DNA of 64,000 nucleotides from a virus. Its lineage: Duplodnaviria; Caudoviricetes. Below, one piece after another: positions 37,646 through 46,045 of this stretch. The position numbers and the translations under genes were made by a program. The notes under the pieces were generated by a model that saw only the letters and a list, made by a program, of their open reading frames with translations, did no database searches and was not told the origin of the DNA. The stretch's first letter is position 1. Each line of letters starts with the position of its first letter. The DNA is taken from IMG/VR virus record IMGVR_UViG_641736125_000004, positions 2,172 through 66,171 of that record; one strand, 5' to 3'.

Positions 37646-38190
37646 TGACGAAAGCAACGCCCTATCTGTTGGCCGCGCTGCTTGGCATGGCGGCCGGCGC
37701 GGGCGTCGAGCACCTGATCGGCGCGCATCGGCTCGCCGACGAGCAGGCCGCGCGGGCGCTCGACGCGCAACGGCACGCCGAAGCGTTGGGCGCGATCTCG
37801 CACGCCGCGCTCGACGCCGAGCAGCGGGCGATCGCCGCGCATGACGCAGCCGCGTCGGCGGTGGCCGCCGTCGACCAACGAACCACGAAGGAGAGGAACG
37901 AGCATGAAGCAGAGAGTCGCAGCCTGCGGGCTGCTCTTGCCGCTGGCACTGAGCGGCTGCGCGTCGCCGTCCGACACTGCACGGCAGCCGATCGCGACGG
38001 CGTGCCCGGCGCTTCCGGCACCGCCGGCGTGGGCGATGGTGCCGCCGCCTATGCAGACGTCGACGCAGCGGTTGCGGAACGCGTTTTCGGCGTCGCCGGC
38101 GACGATCAGCGCGAGATCGACAAACTGACGGCCCTACAGGGCTACGTGTGCGCGGTACGGCCCGAGACGCCGGGCTGCGAGCGGAAGTAA
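37645..38190 (+). CDS. Rz-like i-spanin
   Basis: N-terminal TM, coiled coil, G..RLRV and LQGYV. Confidence 0.85.
   Translation: MTKATPYLLAALLGMAAGAGVEHLIGAHRLADEQAARALDAQRHAEALGAISHAALDAEQRAIAAHDAAASAVAAVDQRTTKERNEHEAESRSLRAALAAGTERLRVAVRHCTAADRDGVPGASGTAGVGDGAAAYADVDAAVAERVFGVAGDDQREIDKLTALQGYVCAVRPETPGCERK
37904..38128 (+). CDS. Rz1-like o-spanin lipoprotein embedded in Rz
   Basis: MKQRVAACGLLLPLALSGC lipobox and proline-rich CPALPAPPAWAM, in the +1 frame. Confidence 0.85.
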   Translation: MKQRVAACGLLLPLALSGCASPSDTARQPIATACPALPAPPAWAMVPPPMQTSTQRLRNAFSASPATISARSTN

Positions 38191-38332
38191 CGAGAAACAG
38201 GGCGGCCGGCGAGCGTGCTGTAACACGCGCGCCGGTCGCCTTTCCACTGTCTACGCCAGTGAATCGGCCAAGGCCCTGCTTACCTACGTAGGCGGGCCGG
38301 ATTCTACACCAAGTTTAAAAACGGCTTTCACA

Positions 38333-39121
38333 ATGGCAAATCCCATCATCCCTTGGATTGGCGGCAAGCGTCGTCTCGCGGATCACATCATCCCGCGCTT
38401 TCCGAAGCACGACTGCTACGTCGAGGTGTTCGCGGGCGGGGCCGCGCTTTACTTCATGCGACCGCCGGCCAAGGTCGAGGTGATCAACGATATCAACGGC
38501 GAGCTGGTGAACCTCTATCGCGTCGTTCAGCACCATCTCGAAGAGTTCGTGCGTCAGTTCAAGTGGTCGCTGACGAGCCGGCAGGTGTTCGAATGGTTGA
38601 AGCACACGGTCCCGGAAACCCTCACCGATATCCAGCGCGCGGCACGCTTCTACTACCTTCAGAAAAGTTGCTTTGGCGGCAAGCTGGAAGGGCAGACGTT
38701 CGGAACGGCGACGACTACGCCGCCCGGCCTGAACTTGCTGCGCATCGAGGAGGAGCTATCGGCGGCGCACATTCGCCTTGCGAATGCGTACATCGAGCGG
38801 CTCGATTGGGCGACCTGCATCGATCGTTACGATCGGCCGCACACGCTGTTTTACCTCGATCCGCCGTACTTCGAGACGGAAGGGTACGGCGTTGCGTTTC
38901 CGTTCGCGGAGTACGAGAAGATGGCCGAGCGGCTGCGGTCGATCAAGGGGCGCGCGATCGTCAGCCTCAACGACCATCCGGAGATCCGGCGCGTGTTCGC
39001 CGGCTTCCACATCGAGAGCGTGCCGATTCAGTATACGGTAGGCGGAGGGAAGGGCGTCGAGCGTCGCGAGCTGATTATTTTTAGCTGGGACGATTCAGCC
39101 GATCCTGCCGGGTTGTTTTGA
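38333..39121 (+). CDS. DNA adenine methyltransferase (D12/Dam family), orphan
   Basis: PWIGGK, YVEVFAGG, NDIN and FYLDPPY. Confidence 0.95.
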   Translation: MANPIIPWIGGKRRLADHIIPRFPKHDCYVEVFAGGAALYFMRPPAKVEVINDINGELVNLYRVVQHHLEEFVRQFKWSLTSRQVFEWLKHTVPETLTDIQRAARFYYLQKSCFGGKLEGQTFGTATTTPPGLNLLRIEEELSAAHIRLANAYIERLDWATCIDRYDRPHTLFYLDPPYFETEGYGVAFPFAEYEKMAERLRSIKGRAIVSLNDHPEIRRVFAGFHIESVPIQYTVGGGKGVERRELIIFSWDDSADPAGLF

Positions 39122-39156
39122 CGAATGCAGCAGGCGCGGTGATCGCGCCGGCTTGC

Positions 39157-39858
39157 TCAGATTTCGGCGTAGGCGGGGAGCAGGTCTTGATCGACGAGCC
39201 GGATCTCGATTCGATTCGCGATCGCGATGTGCTCGGGGTTGTCGACCGAGAACGGGGCGTCCGTGACGCTGACGATGATCGTGCCTGTCTGTTTGCCTTT
39301 GGCGGGTACGGGAATCAGCGCTCGTGCCTCGGGAACCTGCTGTTGCGTAATGACCTTCGGCAAGTAGAGCATCCAGCCGACGCCGGGCTTGTCGTCGAAC
39401 ACCTGTTTCTCGAAGTAGCCATACGGCTGAACGGTCAAATACGATGGCGACGTGAGCTGAATCAGAGTCGAGGCGATCGCAAGCGCCGAATCCATAGCGA
39501 ACAACTGATCGTTGACGAAGTCGGCTTCGATTTCCTTCGCATTGTCCTTCGGTGTAATCACGCAGCTCAGGGATGCGGATTCCTCTTCATCGTTGCCGCC
39601 GTCCCATAGCGAAATGGAGGCGTAGTCATTTCTGCCGCGCTCGGTGCGCACCACCGCGAGCGCTGCCGTCGTCGGCTTCCAGTGTTCGAATGCGCTGTAA
39701 AGCAATGCATCCTCTTTCGTCTCACCGGTCAGGTACCAATGATCGAACTTGGGAGCGTGTTCGTGGATCACCTCGGCGAGCTTCCCCAGATCGTCAAAGT
39801 ACTCAGCGACGTTGGACGCATCGCGCGATTTATCGATGAAGCGAGAGAAGAATTTCAT
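39157..39858 (-). CDS. Imm52-family immunity protein (TsiT-like)
   Basis: VFDDKPGVGWMLYLP..VPEA..GTIIVSVTD.PF..NPEH..AN.IEIRL, directly downstream of the toxin. Confidence 0.8.
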   Translation of the reverse strand: MKFFSRFIDKSRDASNVAEYFDDLGKLAEVIHEHAPKFDHWYLTGETKEDALLYSAFEHWKPTTAALAVVRTERGRNDYASISLWDGGNDEEESASLSCVITPKDNAKEIEADFVNDQLFAMDSALAIASTLIQLTSPSYLTVQPYGYFEKQVFDDKPGVGWMLYLPKVITQQQVPEARALIPVPAKGKQTGTIIVSVTDAPFSVDNPEHIAIANRIEIRLVDQDLLPAYAEI

Positions 39859-39860
39859 GT

Positions 39861-40463
39861 TTAACCTGTCACGACGTAGGCAATGCCGTTGCGGGCGAGG
39901 CGCTCGCGGAAATACGACGCCGTCAGTGGTGTTTGGAAGTAGTACCTGAGCTTCGTTGGAGGGTTGGCGCGTACGATATTGGCGCGAGCCTCGATCTGTA
40001 GATCTATTTTTCGGAACCCCGAAAACCACTTCATCGGTCGTCGTGTTTTGCGACTGAAGAACTGATCGAAGTTGCCCTTTGCCTCTTGGAGTAGACATTC
40101 ACTCGCTTGAAACCCATCATAGTCCAAGCCGAGCCAACTCCATTCTTCGCTCCATCCCTCTTCGATACTATACGGGCGGCCGGTGACGCGCCCTTGATAT
40201 TCTCGAGGCTCGCGGTTCATGCGGTAATACCTCCGCACGGGGAGGCCAGTCTGCTCCGGCGGACATTGCTTGCACTTCTCGCCGGTGCGCGGCAATGCCC
40301 GTACGTCCGGCGTCGCCTTGCTGTCCTCCTTCGGCGTGTCACCCGACAGACTCGCCGTTCCGGCCACCGTCGCCCCGCCCAACAAGGCGACGCCAACGCG
40401 CGCCAAGATCGGACCAAGTTCCACCGCCGCCGCTTCCACGATTGGCACCACCAATCCCGCCAT
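39861..40463 (-). CDS. Tox-REase-5 nuclease effector (TseT-like)
   Basis: C..CPP, EYQ.RVTG, YDGF...C.LQEAKGNFDQF (PD-(D/E)xK core) and L.YYFQTP. Confidence 0.85.
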   Translation of the reverse strand: MAGLVVPIVEAAAVELGPILARVGVALLGGATVAGTASLSGDTPKEDSKATPDVRALPRTGEKCKQCPPEQTGLPVRRYYRMNREPREYQGRVTGRPYSIEEGWSEEWSWLGLDYDGFQASECLLQEAKGNFDQFFSRKTRRPMKWFSGFRKIDLQIEARANIVRANPPTKLRYYFQTPLTASYFRERLARNGIAYVVTG

Positions 40464-40812
40464 GTTCCAGCCCTCCGTCCGGATGTTCGATGCGCCATTT
40501 GATGACGCGTAGATAATCATGAAAACGCGCGTCGGCCGAGCGGCCGGGACGCGTGAGCCACGCCTTCGTCGCGGGCTTCTCATAGAAGCTCGGCGCGTAC
40601 GCTTCGAGCCTCAGAAACGCGACGACGTTTTCGTCCCGCTGAATACCGAACGCGCGCGCGGCGCGATACGCGTTCCATAGTCGCGACGACAAGCCGCCGT
40701 CGTCGGCAAACGCAGGATTCTCCTTCACGAGATCCTGCCGGACGCGTTCGACGAAGCCGCGCTCGTCGATCTCCGCCAGTCTGGCGACCTGTTCTGCGGT
40801 CAATTCAAGCAT
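40339..40812 (-). CDS. Putative co-chaperone of the effector cassette
   Basis: 157 aa between the DUF4123 and toxin genes, the position of the co-chaperone in tseT-type operons. Confidence 0.6.
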   Translation of the reverse strand: MLELTAEQVARLAEIDERGFVERVRQDLVKENPAFADDGGLSSRLWNAYRAARAFGIQRDENVVAFLRLEAYAPSFYEKPATKAWLTRPGRSADARFHDYLRVIKWRIEHPDGGLEHGGIGGANRGSGGGGTWSDLGARWRRLVGRGDGGRNGESVG

Positions 40813-41314
40813 GCGGATGCACTCCGGTCAGCCGCCCGTCGATCTCGACAAGCCAGTCGTATGTCGCAACGAAGAATTGCGTGCGCTGTGCGTCGCTCAT
40901 CACGCGCGCGATGTCGAGCATGACGCGCGCGTCCTAGAACCGGAACAGCGCGGTGCGGCCATCCGGCAGCCGCACGTCGAGGTGCTCGCGCAGTTCGGCG
41001 GCCAGCCGCTCGAACGAATACGCGCTGATCAGCCACGACGTGCCAATTGGCCCGGCTGCCAGCTCGGCGAGCACGCGCCGGATCGGCCCCGGCGCGAGCG
41101 CGTGGTCGATCAGCCAAGGGCCGTGATCGGCGAGCGACGCGTCAGGTGTGCCGTCGAAGAGCGCGATCGAATAGTTCGCGCGACGCAGCGGCGGGGCGTC
41201 CGACGCTTCGGCGAAGAGCAGCGCGTCGACCGCCGCGAAGAGTCGCGCGGGCAGCGTGATTTGCTGGCGGCGCATCTCGAAATGCGCTTCGATGGTCGGC
41301 GGCGTCATGGTCAT
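40805..41314 (-). pseudogene. DUF4123 T6SS adaptor with an in-frame amber stop at 40934-40936
   Basis: GPWL..L..HL.V.LPDG..ALFRF*DARV: TAG replaces the aromatic residue of RF(Y/W)D.R. The frame continues 42 codons to TGA at 40805-40807. Confidence 0.8.
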
Positions 41315-41736
41315 CAGCGTGCGACCATCGTCGAGGCGTTCTTTGCCGCCGCCTTCAGGCATTCGAGGCAGAGCGTGGGGGATGGGGCGACCGCGGTCGC
41401 CGCTGCTGCGGCCGATCCGCCGGGCGAGCCGCCGTCCCCGCGTTCGCCTGCACCGACATCATCGATTGTCCCAGTGCCCTGCGACGCGATCAGCTCTGCG
41501 CCGCAGGCCGTGCGCATGCCTTCGACGGCGGTGTCGCGGTCGCCGATCGTGTGCGGGTAGCGGCGTCTGAGCAGATCGGGGAGGATCGGGAAAACGCCTT
41601 TGCAGCGAGGGCAAAGTACCTTGTGGCCGACGCCGGCCACATTGCGCCCGTTGAGCGTGAACGTCGGCGCGCCTTCGAGCACCTTGCCGCCGTGTGTCGT
41701 CGTGTCACCGACGCAGATGATCGCGCGATTGACCAC
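41314..41736 (-). CDS. PAAR protein with C-terminal extension
   Basis: GDTTTHGGKVLEG..GHKVLCPRCKG..EG.RTACGAELIASQ, with a CLECL tail. Confidence 0.9.
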   Translation of the reverse strand: MVNRAIICVGDTTTHGGKVLEGAPTFTLNGRNVAGVGHKVLCPRCKGVFPILPDLLRRRYPHTIGDRDTAVEGMRTACGAELIASQGTGTIDDVGAGERGDGGSPGGSAAAAATAVAPSPTLCLECLKAAAKNASTMVAR

Positions 41737-42308
41737 TGGCCCCTCTCGTGGAAATTTGCGTGGAAATTTACCATCGAGCACGTCCGGCGGGCGACTGTTA
41801 CGGTTGTGCAGTCGCGACACCTGTCAGGTTTGACAGTTGTGTGGTGTCTCGCAGTGGTGAGCGAATCGCTGTACTCGTCATAGATCGAACGGGCATCCCA
41901 AGGCAGCGTCACCTACTGATCCTTGACGTGATACACGCCGATCGAATGTTCGCTCTTATGGGTGTGGCCGTATGCGCTCTACAGCTGCCCAACCGAATTT
42001 GTGCAACTCGTCGCGGCTGGAGCAGGTCGTGCAGTCTTTGAAAGGGCCGGTGTGGGCCTCCCAATTTCCCTTTTTGGGGCGACCGATTGGCATCGTCGTA
42101 CCAATCTGGGATCTTCGCGAGCGGCTTTCGCAACGTTGAACGTGCCGTAGACGCAGGTAAGTGACGTGCTGAAGATCGGGCATAACTGGCTTCATGTTCG
42201 CGATCAATCGCAACAATTCGCGGGCAATGGTGTGCTGACGGCAGCAACAGCGCGGGGCGGCGAATCGGTTCATTCATGCGGAGACGAACCGATTCGCGTG
42301 ACATGCGC

Positions 42309-42545
42309 TTATGTGATTGTGATGCCGCGATCATCCAGCTCTCCGGTTACGCCCGATTGCTTCTCACCGCTATCAGTAGTCCAGAAGATGTACAGATATT
42401 TGCGTTGACCGGGGAAAGGATCGCCGTACTGATTGCTGGGGAGGAAAACACGCGTGCCGCTGGCGTATTGCCTTTGAACCTGTTGCGTGACGTCAATCGT
42501 CCTGTTCCATACGCCGTAGCCGGCATGGGTTATCGTTGAGCTCAT
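42309..42545 (-). CDS. Small SUEL/DUF3395-like putative lectin
   Basis: 78 aa, A.YG...IDVT..N.YGDPFPGQRKYLYI.W. Confidence 0.6.
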   Translation of the reverse strand: MSSTITHAGYGVWNRTIDVTQQVQRQYASGTRVFLPSNQYGDPFPGQRKYLYIFWTTDSGEKQSGVTGELDDRGITIT

Positions 42546-42857
42546 AGCTGTCCCCGAAGAAGTTGCGTTTCATGTGCGACAACTCTACAAGTGGAGAGGG
42601 AAGACAGCATCCATGGCACGTCGGAGCGGAGTTTTCGACGTTGTCTATCCCGCGCGTGTAGAACGCTATGTTGAGGATGGAAACCCCCCTATAGAGGGTA
42701 GTACGTCTAGCAATTCGCAGACCTACTAATTTTCGTAGGTATGGCTGAACTCGAATATCAAATTCATTGGCGCGTGGCTTACTTGACGTTGCCTATGCTA
42801 CGTGACAAAGTTTGTACGTGGGTCATGCTCACTTTTTCGTCTTTCAGGGGTGGCAAA

Positions 42858-43589
42858 ATGCCTACCAAGAAGATACGTAAGTCGACGGTTAGTGCGTCCA
42901 ACGTTATTGATGATCCAAAGCAAACCCTGCAAACCCTGCAAACGTTCAATCTTCTGGACCTACAGCAGTACACGTCTGAGGGCACTTATTCAGCGAACGC
43001 CAGCAACGACGTTCATCTGTTTTATGTCGGTAGGGACGATGTTCATGACATCCTTAAGCATATCCTCTCGCGTGTGAGTGTGTCGCTATATCTGAATATG
43101 TTCGGCTACGACGACCCGGAGCTCAACGACATCCTGATGCAGTTGGCGGAAGACCAGTCAGTCACGATGCTAGTGACGCTTGACCGATCGCAAGCCAAAG
43201 GCGTGAAGGAGAAAGGCATTCTCAGCAAAGACTTAATTCAGAATGCGGCGGCGCTCAATACGCACTTTGCGATTGGCGAGTCGCTCACCCATCAGATTAG
43301 CCATACCAAGGGGTTTGTGGCCGACGGTCGGGTTGCTCTTGAGGGGTCGACAAATTGGTCTACAACAGGGGAAGGGATTTTCATAACTCGTGCCGGCAGT
43401 AAACCTGTGGCGGGCGGTGTGGGCTATAAAGCTCAGAATAATACCGCCTGCGTAATCACCGATCCCGACTCGATCATACGCTTTCAGACTGAATTGATCA
43501 GAGAGCATATGGCTGCAACGAGCCAAGATAATTCAAAACCTGCCGATGCTCTAGGCGGAGCAGCGTCCAAATCACAAAATAGGAGGTAG
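42858..43589 (+). CDS. Phospholipase D superfamily protein (single HKD)
   Basis: SHTKGFVADG...EGSTNWS plus a downstream QNN. Low GC. Confidence 0.85.
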   Translation: MPTKKIRKSTVSASNVIDDPKQTLQTLQTFNLLDLQQYTSEGTYSANASNDVHLFYVGRDDVHDILKHILSRVSVSLYLNMFGYDDPELNDILMQLAEDQSVTMLVTLDRSQAKGVKEKGILSKDLIQNAAALNTHFAIGESLTHQISHTKGFVADGRVALEGSTNWSTTGEGIFITRAGSKPVAGGVGYKAQNNTACVITDPDSIIRFQTELIREHMAATSQDNSKPADALGGAASKSQNRR

Positions 43590-43674
43590 TTTAAAAAAGT
43601 GGCGTAGTTGCGATTAGCTTTTCTCACTAGCTGTTAGCCCGAGCCATCGTGAAGAACCGATCAAAGAGACGAGT

Positions 43675-43845
43675 AAGCAGATCATCGGCGATGAATTCCG
43701 GACGTTAATCGAGCCACTGCAACCACGTGCCAATCTACGCCGGTTCAATTATCGGGGGCGTAAGCTTGCCCCAGATCCGGTGGTGCTGACGGGCATTCTG
43801 ATCGTGCTGAAGATTGGCATTTACTGGTGTGATCTTCTTGCGATC
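43675..43845 (+). pseudogene. IS5-family transposase N-terminal fragment
   Basis: Translates to KQIIGDEFRTLIEPLQPRANLRRFNYRGRK..LTGILIVLKIGIYWCDL, a degenerate match to the IS5 DUF4096-type N-terminus. Confidence 0.65.
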
Positions 43846-43869
43846 ATCTGGCACTGAAAGTTGCTTTGC
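43846..43869 (+). repeat. 24-bp direct repeat, left copy
   Basis: ATCTGGCACTGAAAGTTGCTTTGC, 23/24 identical to 50112-50135. Confidence 0.85.
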
Positions 43870-43894
43870 AGTTTGGATGGGGCCGCTCCACTCG

Positions 43895-43934
43895 GACTCT
43901 AACTGCAGTCCGGACTAAAACCGGGGGCAGGTCA
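43895..43934 (+). mobile_element. Isolated IS407-like (IS3 family) terminal repeat
   Basis: Ends ..ACTAAAACCGGGGGCAGGTCA, resembling IS407-group ends as recalled. Confidence 0.5.
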
Positions 43935-44058
43935 GGAACATTTCTCACTTTGGGAAGACCCGATCTAAGCATTCTCTACTTGATTTCCCAGCCGCACGAC
44001 CTAGCATTCCGAAGCGAACGTCCGCGCCTTCTGGTCATTGGGACGGTAGGAGGACCGC

Positions 44059-45090
44059 GTGAAGATACACGATAAAATAAAAGCACTGGGCCCCGGCCTT
44101 GTTGCAGCGCTCGCTTTGCTCGTAATTGTTGGTCTGATTGGCTTTGCGCTTGTGGTGACAGCTTCCTTAAATGACGGCAATCGCAACGCCCTCGGCGTTG
44201 GGCTCCTCACAACCGCTGGTATCGGCTTCGCGGTCAGCAGCGTCAACCACGCAATCGAGCGACGGCGTGAGAGAAGAGACGATGAGAAGGCGAACGAGCG
44301 CCGCAAAGGATTCATCGAATCGGCCAGACTCAGCGTTGCGGCGCTCGTCATAGATCACGTAGAGCAACTCGCGATGAAACTCATGGCGTCAAGCGAGTTG
44401 CCGGACTCGAAGTCAAAGCCAACAGGTTGGCGGGGAGAATCGGATAAACGTCTCGTTGTCCGAGGCTTGATGTGGTCGGCGGAGCTTCCCCGACAGGGGC
44501 GAACCTGGTGGCGCGACCCGCGGAACATTGCGGCAGTCGATGCCATTTTCGTGGTCGCGACCGATGTCGCCGAACGATCCCTCGTGAATGTTACGGACGA
44601 AGAGGTCAACTGGCTCTACCAGACCGTCGGACGTTCTCTGGCAAGGATTGGTATCGCTGCCGAACGCCTCAGTCAGTCTGGCGATCCATATGGTGCTCAC
44701 GAGCTCGATAAGCTTGCAGACGTACTCCGCTTCGGGAACGTTCGTTGCGATCTTCCGAATCTGCGCGGCTGGGGAACGGAGACACATGACGACATCATTA
44801 CGGTCGGAGGGCACTTCGATAAGATGCGCAATTTTGTTGCCTACCTCATTGATCGGCTTCGCTCCCCCGACGCCATTTTTTCGACGCCTAATCCAAGCGA
44901 AGAAAGCGATCAAATCATCATGAAACGACGTTGGGCACCATTGTTCGAGGGCGGCGAATCATCGAGCGTTCCTGCATGGGGAGATCGGTTCAAGGATGAC
45001 GGGTGGGTACGCAAGCTGTTGGACCAGACCTCCACGGAAGTCCAGGCAATTTTCGGGGTCGGTCGCTCTGTGACGCCAGACTCTGATTAG
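44059..45090 (+). CDS. Uncharacterised protein with two N-terminal TM helices
   Basis: 343 aa, AGGAGG RBS, two hydrophobic helices followed by RRRERR and a soluble domain. Confidence 0.75.
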   Translation: MKIHDKIKALGPGLVAALALLVIVGLIGFALVVTASLNDGNRNALGVGLLTTAGIGFAVSSVNHAIERRRERRDDEKANERRKGFIESARLSVAALVIDHVEQLAMKLMASSELPDSKSKPTGWRGESDKRLVVRGLMWSAELPRQGRTWWRDPRNIAAVDAIFVVATDVAERSLVNVTDEEVNWLYQTVGRSLARIGIAAERLSQSGDPYGAHELDKLADVLRFGNVRCDLPNLRGWGTETHDDIITVGGHFDKMRNFVAYLIDRLRSPDAIFSTPNPSEESDQIIMKRRWAPLFEGGESSSVPAWGDRFKDDGWVRKLLDQTSTEVQAIFGVGRSVTPDSD

Positions 45091-45186
45091 CCGCAGCGGA
45101 CCTCAGTCACCCCCGCAGATCGATGATGAACCTCGTTAGTTCATCGCCGAATTCCGGGGAGGGTTCGTGGTCCGACGGCAGAGTTC

Positions 45187-45354
45187 GGCCGATTGTGTTG
45201 GAAAACTCGATTCAACCAGTCGTCGCGGCATGACTGCCGAAACTCGACCTCTCGGAACGCTCTGTATTGAACGATCGTCGACCGGTTGGGGGGGCGGGTA
45301 CCCCCGAAATCTCCCCTGAAATCGAGTCAGCCGAGTTTTTCAACACAATCGGCC
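45187..45354. mobile_element. 168-bp MITE-like element with IS1182-like inverted ends
   Basis: GGCCGATTGTGTTGGAAAACTCG ... CGAGTTTTTCAACACAATCGGCC (22/23 inverted match), no transposase inside. Confidence 0.7.
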
Positions 45355-45609
45355 AATACCTGCCACTGAACCATCCCACAGTACGGTCATTCGAACGGCT
45401 GTTCAATCACGAAAGGAGACAAGCGAACTCCCGTGTCGGCCATGCTGGGGTGAATGACCGAAGGGCTGACGAAACTCGACGCGACGGACATCTGGCATCG
45501 TGTGGTCAGGGGGAACTCAGCTCTCGGCTCAGTAGCACTTAGTGCTATACTTTTAATCTGCGGAGCTCTATTTGGCTGCGTACTGATAAGGGGGTACAGC
45601 GTGGTCTCA

Positions 45610-45924
45610 ATGCACAGCAAAAGGTCACTCGCTATCGAAGCCACGAGTGAAACGACCAAAGGCCTGCACAAGACAGGTGTACTCGATCAGGTCACGCTAC
45701 GCGAATTCGATCCGCTCTGGCTACCACCGATAGAGCCCTTGGAGCCGGCCGAGATCAAGCGCATCCGTGAAGGTGCCCATGTCAGCCAAGCAGTTTTCGC
45801 GCGCCTGCTCAACACCAGTCTATCGACAGTTCAGAAGTGGGAGATCGGTCAAAAAAAGCCTGCGGGCACAGCACTCAAGTTGCTGCATCTGGTTCAGAAG
45901 CGCGGCCTAGAGGTCATCGCGTGA
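45610..45924 (+). CDS. HigA-like XRE antitoxin/regulator, no toxin partner seen
   Basis: TLREFD..EIKRIRE..VSQAVFARLLN.S.STVQKWE.G.KKP.G.ALKLL. Confidence 0.8.
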   Translation: MHSKRSLAIEATSETTKGLHKTGVLDQVTLREFDPLWLPPIEPLEPAEIKRIREGAHVSQAVFARLLNTSLSTVQKWEIGQKKPAGTALKLLHLVQKRGLEVIA

Positions 45925-46045
45925 GCGCGGTGCTCCGGCAACACCCGGTCAGGGCGCAAAAGTACAATCCGACCTGTAGCCATCAGGTCCAGCCTGTTGG
46001 TGTGTCAGCACTTGTCCGGCGGCTCGCAAGAAAGGGGGAAATCGC

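Noticed and set aside
41850-42300. Possible decayed gene on the minus strand (HHCP and YGHTH fragments hint at a metallophosphoesterase)
   Set aside because: The motifs fall in different frames with stops and are too weak to call without a search.
42921-42944. 9-bp tandem repeat in the PLD gene (QTLQTLQT)
   Set aside because: In-frame and short, so it cannot cause phase variation.
45160-45480. Degenerate GGC.G.T..GG(C/G)(C/T)CG-type motifs around the MITE and near 50000, possibly cassette-junction repeats
   Set aside because: Similarity is too loose to establish by eye and there is no attC-like structure or integron integrase.
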